A stretch of 64,000 bases of DNA. It comes from Ignavibacteriota bacterium. Its GTDB lineage: Bacteria > Bacteroidota > Ignavibacteria > UBA10030. The notes beneath the pieces are model-generated. The model was not told the DNA's origin. It searched no databases and was given only the letters and a program-made list of their open reading frames with translations. The stretch's first letter is position 1. Each line of letters begins with the position of its first letter. The translations under genes and the position numbers were made by a program. Positions 22,394 to 32,814 of the stretch are shown here, piece by piece. The DNA lies in contig OY969585.1 in NCBI GenBank assembly GCA_963701295.1, positions 1,984,001-2,048,000 on the forward strand, read 5' to 3'.

Positions 22394-22431
22394 CGACCTC
22401 GAGCAGATATACTCGAGGTCGGTTTGTTTTT
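22394..22431 (+). terminator. Rho-independent terminator
   Basis: CGACCTCGAG-8 nt-CTCGAGGTCG followed by GTTTGTTTTT. Confidence 0.8.
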
Positions 22432-22779
22432 GCTCCCCTATGAACATATCTCAAAACCCTCTTTGCTTGCTCAGCGAGTGATTTCGTCTGTTGAAATAAA
22501 CCATTTCAGTGGCAAAGCTAAGTGTACTCTATTTTCTTTATATTTATCATCCTTCCTCTCTGAAGCAGTAGGCTCGTCTTATTTATTTCGCTTGTTAAAA
22601 CCGCTTGAAAACGAATCTTTGAAAATCGGCAAACGGGCATACAATTTGGCTTAGATATGAAATCTTTCTTTTCTGATTTTTTTAAAAGGAGGCTAAGACA
22701 GACGCAGGCAGGAACATTTTGTTTTCGCCACAAGTGATTATTCACATGAAAAGAATCTTCAATATTTTCTAAAAAAGAC

Positions 22780-22808
22780 TTGACAAACAAAGCAACAAAA
22801 TATATATT
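22780..22808 (+). promoter_or_regulatory. Sigma70-type promoter of the TonB-receptor operon
   Basis: TTGACA-17 nt-TATATT. Confidence 0.8.
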
Positions 22809-22981
22809 CTTGCAAACAAAAAGTCGCACATACTCAAGAAGGAGGTGACGCGATTCCTTGCATGAAGAAATCTCACTGTATGTGAGGAAGCATTTTTTTG
22901 TTACCAATCCCATGTTTTTTTCCGCGACAGATATAAATTAATTATTCTGTGCCGTCTTATAATCTATAAAATGGAGGAAAT

Positions 22982-23725
22982 ATGAAACTTTCCATAACAT
23001 GGTGGCTGATTGTTTTATCGGGCATAATGTTGATTTTCTATGTGGGGGGTTGCGTTAATGTGAACAATCCGGATATCAGCACTGTTGATTATCGTTCTTT
23101 AGTAAAATTTGTTAATCTCTCAAAAATTGGCACAAGTGTGAGTGTAAAAGTGGATGGAAGTACCGTTGTTAATTCTTTAACCAATACTTCTTATTCGGCA
23201 TATGAGGATTTAGCATCTGGCACTCGGTTTTTTTCCTTTACGTATGCTGGCACTACTCCTGCAATTCAAGATACTTTTCATTATTCCCTTGCACCAAATT
23301 ACAAGTTTACATATTTCTTTGTGTCTGATCCTACAGCCGGAGATTCAACTCGTACCTACTGTTTAGTACCTGAAAGACAAACATATAGTGGTACAGTAGC
23401 ATCTATTCCAAACAATATTTTAGTACGTTTCATAAATTTATCAAATGATACTTCCGCTTCAGTAAGCGGCGGTGTACAGTTCCATCTTATTTACAGTACA
23501 ATTGACACAACAACCGATTTATTGGTTTTTAAGGGAGTCAGTCCCTATTATCAAGTCGCTCTATCTAACTCAGCTCAATATCTTGTTATGAGTGCGGATA
23601 CTTCGATACATACACCGCTCATTCCGTCGACATCCGTGTCTACAACACAAGGACGTTTTTCAGTTGTATTGTATGGATTCCAAGGTACAAACACATTGCA
23701 AACACAAGTTTATAAAGAAGATTAA
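22982..23725 (+). CDS. Lipoprotein with two DUF4397-like beta-rich repeats
   Basis: Signal peptide ending VGGC; repeated VKFVNLS / VRFINLS...SPY motifs; GGAGG RBS. Confidence 0.7.
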   Translation: MKLSITWWLIVLSGIMLIFYVGGCVNVNNPDISTVDYRSLVKFVNLSKIGTSVSVKVDGSTVVNSLTNTSYSAYEDLASGTRFFSFTYAGTTPAIQDTFHYSLAPNYKFTYFFVSDPTAGDSTRTYCLVPERQTYSGTVASIPNNILVRFINLSNDTSASVSGGVQFHLIYSTIDTTTDLLVFKGVSPYYQVALSNSAQYLVMSADTSIHTPLIPSTSVSTTQGRFSVVLYGFQGTNTLQTQVYKED

Positions 23726-23741
23726 GGTAAAGGAGGATCGT

Positions 23742-26726
23742 ATGATGAAACAATACGCTGTAATTTTCTTCTTACTCTTATTGAGTTTCTCTATAGCGAG
23801 TGCTCAATATGGAAAAATAACAGGAGTGATAACCGATCAAGAATCAAAAGAGCCATTGGTTGGTGCGAATGTTGTTGTTGAAGGGACATCATTAGGAGCA
23901 GCAACGGACTTAAATGGGAGTTATGTGATTCTTAATATTGCTGCAGGAACATACACAGTTAAGGCTTCGTACATAGGCTACCAGACAATCACAATAACGA
24001 ATGTAAAAGTTCTTGCTGATCTCACGAGAGAGCTTAATATTAAATTATCGAATACGACTGTTCAGATCACTGCGATAACTATTGTTGCTGAAAGGCCTTT
24101 AATTGAAAAAAGTGCAACAAATGCTGTAAGAATTCAAGCAGCGGAAGATATTGAAAAGTTACCAGTGAGAGGTGTTCAAGGTTACTTCACATTAGAACCA
24201 GGTGTTGTTTTACAAAATGGCACTGTTTATATGCGTGGTAGTCGTAACGACGAAGTTGGCTTTTCTATTGAAGGCGCTGATGTAAGAGATGTTGTTGGAA
24301 CAACTGTGCGAAATAATGCTAATGGTAATTTAATAACAACAATTCCTGAAGCTCTGGAAGAAGTTACTGTTCAAGCTGGTGGGTATGGTGCCGAGTACGG
24401 AGGTGGAAGTGCAGGAATTGTAACTCAAACATTTAAGACAGCGGGTTCTGGCACCAAGGTTACACTTCAAGCAGAAACAGATAATTTTGGTAATTACCCC
24501 GGCAAAAAATTCCTAGGAACTTATTCTTACGGCTATTCAGATTATGTGATGACTCTCAGCACACCCATCACATCAGATAATATTAAACTCTTCGCAGCTT
24601 TGGAAAGTAATTTTCAGCGTGATCAGAATATTTGGTTCTGGTCAGGCGGCAATTTTGGATATCTCTATGACAATGGGGGAAGTGGAGGACATGCGGGTGA
24701 TTCAGTGCTCATGAACTGGAACAACGGTAACATCCCCGGGAGAATGAATAAACGATATACGGGTAATGGTTCATTGCTCTTCGACTTCAAACCTCTTGAA
24801 GTAAGATTTTCAGGCGCATACACATGGTCAAGAAATGAAAATAATAATTTTATCGCAGATATTTTTGATTTAGATCGTGCACCAACAGGAGACAATGATA
24901 ATTTACTCCTTAATGGTAAAGCGACTTATTTCCTTACAAATAGTACATTTGTTGAGGTTAATCTCAATTATGCGGATGTTCGGAATAAAACGTACGATCA
25001 GACATTTGGTGATGATCTCATTTCATATCTGGATAGCGTTGCAGCGGCACAACATGGATGGCAGTTTGCAAGTCTAACTCAAGATCCGCTCCCTTACAAC
25101 ATCAATGGATTTGAATTCAATAGGCCTGGAGCACCGATCGTTGGCAGTAACAATTCGTTACCGGGCTTTTTATATCAAAAGAATAAGAATACGTCGATGG
25201 GAGGATCTTTAGCAATATCATCACAAATGAATAAACATGAATTGAAAGTAGGTGGATCATTCAACTACTGGTCAGTCTCCCATTACGATGTTGATCCAGG
25301 ACTTATCTTCGCTTCGACTATAAACAATCCTGATATCGTAAGAGATCCTACGGCTTATGCAATGATGATGCGGACAGTGAATCATGTTAACAATTACGGA
25401 TTCGATGAATTCGGAAATCCTATTACAAGTGGATCAGACGGTCCCAAGCATCCATATTTTGCTGCCGCTTATATACAGGATAAAGTTGAATTAACTGATA
25501 TGATTGTAAATGCTGGTCTGCGTTTCGATGCAATTAATTTGGATGGATGGGCTTTTCCCAATGTAAGTGATCTCGTTGTTAATCAAAGTAATTTCACCAT
25601 ATCAAATTTAAGTAAAACGCCAGTCTATACATACGTTGAACCTCGAGTAGGATTTTCTTTCCCGGCATCAGATAAAACGGTTTTCCATTTGCAGTATGGA
25701 GAATTTGTTCAAGCGCCGCCATTATATAGTCTCTATCGAGGCGAAGCGTTTACAGTATATATTTTACAAAATGGGCATTATTTTGCGAACCCTGTAGGAT
25801 ATAATATACAGCCAGAAAAGACAACTCAGTATGAGATTGGTTTTTCACAGCAATTTAGTGATGTATCCGCTATTGATATTACTGGTTTCTACAAGAATAT
25901 TGCAGGTCAATTACAGACTTCAGTTTATAACATGCCAGCGTCACTTCTCCTTCCGGGGAATGTGTATTATGCATACTCGAACGGTGATTTTCAAAACGTG
26001 CTTGGCGTTGAGATAAGTCTGCATCTCAGAAGAATTGAACGATTTCAAGCAGATTTAAATTACACGCTGCAAGATTCACGCGGAACGAACTCCTACGCGA
26101 ATGGAACTATTGCTTTATTAAATACAGGTAGTACTCCTCCAAGTATGGTTGTTCCTTTGGAGTACGCAGAAACGCATCGCGGCTCTATCTCGTTAGATTA
26201 TCGGTGGGGAAAGAACGATGGCGGGCCAATTCTTGAGCAATTGGGATTCAATCTTCTGTTCACATTTAATTCCGGCCATCCATATACGTTGTCAACCGGC
26301 AGCGGCGGACAACAAGGACCGGATTTAGGAGCCATCTTGAATGATGCAGATGCACGAACAAGATTTCCTGTAGAACCGATAAACAACTCAGTAACTCCGT
26401 GGGCGTATGAATTGGATTTTCGAATTGATAAATCATTTTCGATAGGATCTTTTAATATTAATATTTATGCTTACGTTCAAAATTTGCTTAACACACAAAA
26501 TGTTACGAATGTGTACTATAGAACGGGTAATGCCTACGACGACGGATGGCTAAGTGATCCATTAGCAAGTGGAAAAACGGTTAGCAATCCTTCCTATGGA
26601 CAGACGTATTCAGGACTCTATCAGGTTATCAACCTTCAAAACAATCAAAATCAATTCCGACAAAATGGTTTTGTCAACTTTGGCACGCCGCGTCAGATAC
26701 GTATTGGTGCAAAGTTAGAATTGTAA
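23742..26726 (+). CDS. TonB-dependent receptor (carboxypeptidase-regulatory-like N-domain, plug, beta-barrel; Oar-like)
   Basis: GKITGVITD..EPLVGANVVVEG, MRGSR..EV, GGYGAEYG, YIQDK, EPRVGFSF, PEKTTQYEIG, C-terminal PRQIRIGAKLEL; ATG 23742 after AAGGAGG. Confidence 0.92.
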   Translation: MMKQYAVIFFLLLLSFSIASAQYGKITGVITDQESKEPLVGANVVVEGTSLGAATDLNGSYVILNIAAGTYTVKASYIGYQTITITNVKVLADLTRELNIKLSNTTVQITAITIVAERPLIEKSATNAVRIQAAEDIEKLPVRGVQGYFTLEPGVVLQNGTVYMRGSRNDEVGFSIEGADVRDVVGTTVRNNANGNLITTIPEALEEVTVQAGGYGAEYGGGSAGIVTQTFKTAGSGTKVTLQAETDNFGNYPGKKFLGTYSYGYSDYVMTLSTPITSDNIKLFAALESNFQRDQNIWFWSGGNFGYLYDNGGSGGHAGDSVLMNWNNGNIPGRMNKRYTGNGSLLFDFKPLEVRFSGAYTWSRNENNNFIADIFDLDRAPTGDNDNLLLNGKATYFLTNSTFVEVNLNYADVRNKTYDQTFGDDLISYLDSVAAAQHGWQFASLTQDPLPYNINGFEFNRPGAPIVGSNNSLPGFLYQKNKNTSMGGSLAISSQMNKHELKVGGSFNYWSVSHYDVDPGLIFASTINNPDIVRDPTAYAMMMRTVNHVNNYGFDEFGNPITSGSDGPKHPYFAAAYIQDKVELTDMIVNAGLRFDAINLDGWAFPNVSDLVVNQSNFTISNLSKTPVYTYVEPRVGFSFPASDKTVFHLQYGEFVQAPPLYSLYRGEAFTVYILQNGHYFANPVGYNIQPEKTTQYEIGFSQQFSDVSAIDITGFYKNIAGQLQTSVYNMPASLLLPGNVYYAYSNGDFQNVLGVEISLHLRRIERFQADLNYTLQDSRGTNSYANGTIALLNTGSTPPSMVVPLEYAETHRGSISLDYRWGKNDGGPILEQLGFNLLFTFNSGHPYTLSTGSGGQQGPDLGAILNDADARTRFPVEPINNSVTPWAYELDFRIDKSFSIGSFNINIYAYVQNLLNTQNVTNVYYRTGNAYDDGWLSDPLASGKTVSNPSYGQTYSGLYQVINLQNNQNQFRQNGFVNFGTPRQIRIGAKLEL

Positions 26727-26760
26727 ATAATTCATTCTGAACGGTCAGGAGATATCTACT

Positions 26761-29700
26761 ATGAAATATAAAAAGCTGGTGTTAATGATCTTTCTAGCTC
26801 TGTTGTTCGTCTCATTTTCCTCTCCTGGAAAAGATAATTCGAACAATTCAGCACATAAATTGTTTAAGAACACTGCTGGAGTCTCAAAAGCATTAATGAA
26901 TGCAAATAATGTGACAAGCTGGATAAGGCCTAATGGGTTCTTTAATTGGGATGTTGCACAATCATGGAATGGCGAATATCCAAAACTTTCAGGAGTCGGA
27001 ACAATTTTTGCCGAAGGTATTGTTTTTGGAGGCTTTTCTAATGATGGACTTTATACGAGTTCCCTGCGTGTCACAGGAAATACTTATTTCAATGGAATGC
27101 AGGCAGGAAGTATTTTGACTGCAAACGGCAATACAACAGGCGCAGAAGATCCATCCTCGTCAGCTGTTAATAGAGTATGGGGAGTACGGCCTGATGTTTC
27201 ACCATTTACTGCAACAAGTGCATATCCAAATTTAACGAATGATGCAGCAACATTTTTTCAAGTTTCTCCAGGTTCCGTGACTTCTTCTCAGATTCAAACT
27301 ATTGTCAATCAATATATTGCAGATTGGAATGAATGGCCAGCAAGTGCTCAGAATCCTAAGGGCGCTCCTTGGTACGTTGATACGGTGCAAGTTGTCAGAA
27401 ACGACAACAATTTTTCTGCATCAAATCCACACCATATTCCTGGTATGCCAGGGGCAACAAAAACCATATGGTTTGTCTGCAATGACCTAAATCCATCAGT
27501 ATCTGAAACTTTTGGCGGTTCTCCACCGATGGGTATTGAACAGCAAATGATGCTCTGGTCATATGCATCATCGACCCCATTAAACGATATGATTTTTAAA
27601 CAAGTAAAATTGATTTATAAGGGAAATCCCCATTCACCAGCGAATGCTGAAATAGATAGTATGTATATTGTTCAATGGGCGGATGGCGACGATGGAGATG
27701 CCGGGGATGATTACGCAGGATGCGATTCAACATTAGGCCTCGGATATCAATATAATTCCACTGCAACAGATGCAAAATACGCAGCTGTGGGTTTAGCTGC
27801 TCCTGCAGTTGGTTACGCCATTTTAAACGGCACCGCATATAAAACCGGCAATTTTAATGACAGCGCTGTTGTGAATTTCCAATGGCGGCACGGCTATAAA
27901 TATTGGAGTGCTAACCCGTTAAGTGCGTACGATTATTTTGCAGCTGGTTCACCGATAAGTGATCCGGATAACGGAACATATTCAGGAACGCAGCAATGGT
28001 ATAATCTTATGCGGGGTGATTTACCGCGACCGGCATATCCCGAGGCAACTCCGTATTATACTTCATCTACATATGCGAGCGCACATGGAATAGTAACGAA
28101 ATATTGCCCGAATGGTGATCCAACAACTGGCACCGGCTGGATAGATGGATTAGATATTGCAGCAGGTGACCGCCGAATGGTGAATGTTCATGGGCCATTC
28201 ACACTCAAATTACACGACACGGCTGAGGTTGTTATTGCACTCATTGATGCGATGGGTGCAGATAATATTGGTAGCGTGAAATTGTTAAGAAATAACAGCT
28301 CATTTGCAATACGAGCATTTCAAAATCTTTTTCAATTACCTGCTCCACCGCCTCCTCCATCGGTAAGCGTTTCCGCTCTGGACGCGGAAATCATACTGAA
28401 TTGGGGTGGACCTCAAAGTGCAAACCTGGAATCAAGTTTTAATAGGGGTTACGCTTTCGAAGGGTACAACATTTACCAGTTTGCAACACCAAGCTCAAAA
28501 ATTGAAGATGCTACAACAGTAAAAATAGCAACGTATGATATTGTTGATGGCGTTAAAGTAATTCTCGGCCCTGCTATAGACCCAGCGTCTGGGGCAGCTA
28601 TCACGAAAGTTTATGAGAATGGTAATGATACAGGATTGAAAAGGGTCTTTGACCTTACAAAAGATTATTTACGACAACGTCCTCTGGTAAATGGTCAGGC
28701 ATATTACTTTGCTGTTACGGCATATACGTATGACCCATACTGGAATGTTGATACATCGCAATATTATTCGCCAGGTTCGCCAACGTTGGAGAGTAATCCA
28801 CTTATCCTTGTAATAACACCGCATTCAGTAAATCCAGGTACGCGGCTAACAGCTCAAGCTGGAAGTGCTGTCCAAGTTACACATACTGTTGTGGACTCGA
28901 CAAAACCATCAAGTGATGGAAGTGCTACTGTAATAGTCGAACAACCCGATAAGTTAACAGGCGACAACTACATTGTTAAATTCGACAGTACAGGAGCTAA
29001 TTGGTTTGTTGTCGACGCCACTCAAAATGTGACAGTGGCAACAGGTACTAATGAATCTGGAGACAGTAATTATCCTATTGTTGATGGAATACAGGTTATT
29101 ATTCAGGGACCACAACCCGGAATGAAAGAATGGACAATCCCTTCAGGAACTCGGCGATTTTCTCCAGTTGGAGGGTGGGGAGGTCTAGGGCTTGAAGGAT
29201 TTAGGTACTGCTGCTGACCCATTTGCGTATGACGAAACTGCCGGTACTATAGGTATGGCAGGTCATTTTGCATTTGGCGGTGTAGGAACAACATTGACAA
29301 CTGCACAGCAGTATCATACGGTGCTTTTAAAATTAGCAGCTGTAGACCATACAAACCTATGGGATCCAAAATCTGCACCTACAGATGCTAATTTTTCACT
29401 TGGCTATAGATGGGTGCGGCATGCATCTGCTGCAGCGGATACTATTCCTGCGTTTATGCCATGGATTATTAATCAAGGGAGTGGATATCCGTATCAAGAT
29501 TTTAATTATTCTGTACCTTTCTCAGCTTGGGATATGTCTACTAATCCACCGACTCGCCTTGTCGTGGGAATGTTTGAAAATAATGATCCTGGTGCATCTG
29601 TTGATGGAAGGTATTGGCCACCATTAACAACTGGAGATAATTCGGTAAACCGTGAATTTTGCTTTATCTTTAGTAAGCCATATTCGACGACACCGGATCC

Positions 29701-30214
29701 TACATTTGAAAATAATCTTTCTAATAATTCATCGATGCCTCTTATGTGGGTCATGACTTGCAATAGGCGTGCTGATGTGGACTGGGTTGCTGGTGATCAA
29801 TTTGAAATTATCGCAGCAAATGTGAACGGACCGAATGATATTTTCAAATTTAAAGTACCATCGGTTATGTACTATGCTGATTCAGCAAAGTTAGACGTTG
29901 ATAAGATCAATGTATTCCCCAATCCATATCTTGGTGTACAAGCACGAGAAACGAGTCGTCTTAATAAATTTGTGACGTTTAATCATCTGCCTGCAAGTGC
30001 GACAATTCGAATATTTAGTTTGTCAGGCGTGCCGGTCAAAACTATCACAAAAAATGATGCAACACAGTTTGCGACATGGAATCTTTTGAATGACCACAAT
30101 TTGCCTGTAGCAAGTGGAATCTACATTATCTATGTTGATATGCCAACACTTGGGAAATCGAAAATCCTCAAGTTAGCGCTCGTTCAAGAAGAACAAGTTT
30201 TACCGAACTATTAA
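26761..30214 (+). CDS. Large secreted protein (~1150 aa if joined) with T9SS-like C-terminal domain, split by a +1 frameshift near 29203
   Basis: ORF 26761-29217 has a signal peptide; ORF 29192-30214 lacks one and ends in INVFPNPY...IRIFSLSG..VKTI...WNL...VASGIYI; removing one G from TTT AGG TAC joins them as GLEGFSTAADP. Confidence 0.8.
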
Positions 30215-30263
30215 GATGACCATGATTTTATTATGACTCCAACTAAATTCTAAGGAGCGAATT

Positions 30264-31301
30264 ATGAAAAGAAAAGTTTTATTAATATTAACATTATCAT
30301 TTCTGGTGCTGAGCATGTTTACCATTTCTGCTTTTGCACAGAGCAAAGCAGGAACATCAGCAGCTCCAGAATTGCTTATCCCGCTTGGCGCACCAGAAGT
30401 GTCAATGTCGGGTGCTGTTATTTCTTTTGTTTCCGGACCAAGTGCAATTCCATGGAATCCAGCTGGTCTCGATGTAGGCAATGTCAGTGCAAGTGCATTA
30501 TTTTCTCATCGATCATACATCGGAGACATCGGCATTAATTACGCTGCAGTAGCAACCAGGATATCTTCATTTGGCACATTAGGATTAACATTGCGTGCAT
30601 TTAATATCGGCCAAATCTCTGTAACAACAGAGGATCAACCAGATGGAACTGGAGCTTTTATCAATCCGACTTTCTTTACGCTCGGGCTCACATATTCAAA
30701 ACAGCTTACCGATCATGTAAGTATTGGTGCTACAATGAATATAGTGAATGAAAGCTTCTCAAATGTCAGTGCGTCTGGTATTGCATTTGATGCTGGTATT
30801 CAGTATAGAAATCTTGGAGACGTTGCAGGATTGAGCTTGGGTGTTTGTGTAAACAATATAGGAACATCTATGCAATTTAGTGGATCAGATTTGTGGTTAC
30901 CAGCAACAGCAACAGATCTGTCACGAGGTATAACATACTACAAGGTAGAAGCAGCGAGTGCACAGATGCCTTCTATTATCCAAATTGGCTTAGGGTATGA
31001 AATGAAACTCGATGAAAACACCGGATTGAAGCTCGGGATCGCGTATGAAAATAACAACTATGGTATTGATGAATATAGACTTGGCGCTGAGTTAGGACTT
31101 GTGAAATCCTTGTTCATACGAGGCGGTTATATCTATAGTACTGATCCTGCTGGAGCTAAATCGATTTTCCAAAATTATTCATTTGGATTAGGTGTTGATT
31201 TGAAGGAGTACCTTGGAGTTCCAATAAGTATTGATTATGCGTACATACCAGTTCAATACTTCAGTGCGAACAGTATTTTTGATATTCATATTAATTTTTA
31301 G
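30264..31301 (+). CDS. PorV/PorQ-family outer-membrane beta-barrel
   Basis: Signal peptide, KAGTSAAPELLIP.GA, WNPAGL, FDAGIQY, DYAY, terminal Phe. Confidence 0.85.
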   Translation: MKRKVLLILTLSFLVLSMFTISAFAQSKAGTSAAPELLIPLGAPEVSMSGAVISFVSGPSAIPWNPAGLDVGNVSASALFSHRSYIGDIGINYAAVATRISSFGTLGLTLRAFNIGQISVTTEDQPDGTGAFINPTFFTLGLTYSKQLTDHVSIGATMNIVNESFSNVSASGIAFDAGIQYRNLGDVAGLSLGVCVNNIGTSMQFSGSDLWLPATATDLSRGITYYKVEAASAQMPSIIQIGLGYEMKLDENTGLKLGIAYENNNYGIDEYRLGAELGLVKSLFIRGGYIYSTDPAGAKSIFQNYSFGLGVDLKEYLGVPISIDYAYIPVQYFSANSIFDIHINF

Positions 31302-31324
31302 TTGGAATAAATATATAATTTACC

Positions 31325-31361
31325 AAAACCGTCAATGGAGAGGACATTGGCGGTTTTTTTT
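31325..31361 (+). terminator. Rho-independent terminator
   Basis: AAAACCGTCAATG-loop-CATTGGCGGTTTT plus T run. Confidence 0.85.
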
Positions 31362-31440
31362 ATGCTTACTTGAAAATTTAGTATTACATTCTATTTATAG
31401 AATCGCTAACAAGGTTAGACCATACGAGAATCATACGTAA

Positions 31441-32814
31441 ATGAAAAACATTTTACTTCATATATATTGTGTACTGGCAATACTATTATTAAGCATTAAA
31501 GGACAATCACAAACTATTCCTCCCCAAAATCCGTTTTTAATAAATGTGTTGATTAATAAGTTCTGGCAAAATGATTCTACTGCTTATTTGGAAATTTCAA
31601 CTGCGTGTTATCCCAATCAAGTAACTCTGTATAATGATTCGGCAGGACATCACAAAAGTATTGAGTTTTGGATCAAAATTAAAAATAATTCTACTGAAAA
31701 GATTGTTCAGGCAGATCGGTTTCGTGTACCAATTACTATGCAGGATTCTTCGAATGAATTATCTTCAAAATCCATAGTAAATAAATTTACTTATAAACTG
31801 AGTTCTGGTTCGTATACATTAAGTGTTCATGGCTTTGACAACGGAAAGCCAACCCATCGGGATAGCGCAATTATTCAAGTCGAAATACCTCGTCGCCCGA
31901 GAACTGTCGCATTGAGTGACATCGAACTTGCCAGTAATATTACCGAATCGAAGGATACAAAGGATTATTTTTACAAGAATTCTCTTTGTGTAATTCCAAA
32001 CCCATCGCTGGTTTTCGGAAAAATGAGTAACCCCGTTGTATTTCATTATTTTGAAGTATATAATCTCTGTAAGGATTCTCTCTACACTGTCGAAATATTG
32101 GTGAAGGATCAAAATGGTGAAATTAAAAAAAGTAAAAGAAGTCAGAAACACTACGGAGTGAAAGATGCGGTCGAAGTTGGAACAACCACTATCATGAACC
32201 TATCATCTGGGAAGTACTTATATCAAGTTCGCATACTTGATGGTTGTATGAAAGAGATTGTAATTGGCGGGAAGCAATTGTTTATTAACAACCCACAAGT
32301 AAAGCAAGAGGTACCGACAGGCGCAATGAAGTCGGTTGAATTTCTTAACATGACCGACGATGAGCTGACACATGAATTCAAAACAGCGAAGTACTTAGCA
32401 ACTGATCAAGAAATTAAAACATTCTCAAAACTTTCTAATGCCGAAGGGCGTCGTGAATTTCTTGCAAAATTCTGGTCGGACATTGAGAGCGGACGACATG
32501 AAAACACCGATCTTACTCGTACAATTTATTTGGATCGTGTCATGACCGCAAATCAGCGATATCATTCATTGGGAAGAGAAGGTTGGCAGACAGACCGCGG
32601 AAGAGTGTACCTTTTATACGCTGAACCAGACGAAGTAGAACGATTCCCAAATCAAGGCGATAGCAAACCGTACGAAATTTGGCATTACAATCAAATTGAA
32701 AGCGGAGTTATATTTGTATTTATAGATCGAACTGGCTTTGGAAGTTATTCGCTAGTCCATTCGACAAAGCGTGGTGAAATTCAAGATGACTCATGGCAGC
32801 AATATTTGCGATAA
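31441..32814 (+). CDS. GWxTD domain-containing exported protein
   Basis: Signal peptide; LSDIELA; KFW...RV..AN..Y....EGWQTDRGRVY..Y.EP; YEIWHY. Confidence 0.9.
   Translation: MKNILLHIYCVLAILLLSIKGQSQTIPPQNPFLINVLINKFWQNDSTAYLEISTACYPNQVTLYNDSAGHHKSIEFWIKIKNNSTEKIVQADRFRVPITMQDSSNELSSKSIVNKFTYKLSSGSYTLSVHGFDNGKPTHRDSAIIQVEIPRRPRTVALSDIELASNITESKDTKDYFYKNSLCVIPNPSLVFGKMSNPVVFHYFEVYNLCKDSLYTVEILVKDQNGEIKKSKRSQKHYGVKDAVEVGTTTIMNLSSGKYLYQVRILDGCMKEIVIGGKQLFINNPQVKQEVPTGAMKSVEFLNMTDDELTHEFKTAKYLATDQEIKTFSKLSNAEGRREFLAKFWSDIESGRHENTDLTRTIYLDRVMTANQRYHSLGREGWQTDRGRVYLLYAEPDEVERFPNQGDSKPYEIWHYNQIESGVIFVFIDRTGFGSYSLVHSTKRGEIQDDSWQQYLR

Noticed and set aside
22424-22913. ORFs 22424-22654 (+) and 22518-22913 (-)
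   Set aside because: AT-rich intergenic and promoter DNA, non-protein-like composition, overlap terminator and promoter.
29215-29232. Selenocysteine or stop read-through at TGC TGC TGA
   Set aside because: A second in-frame TGA follows at 29230; the coding continuation is in the +1 frame.
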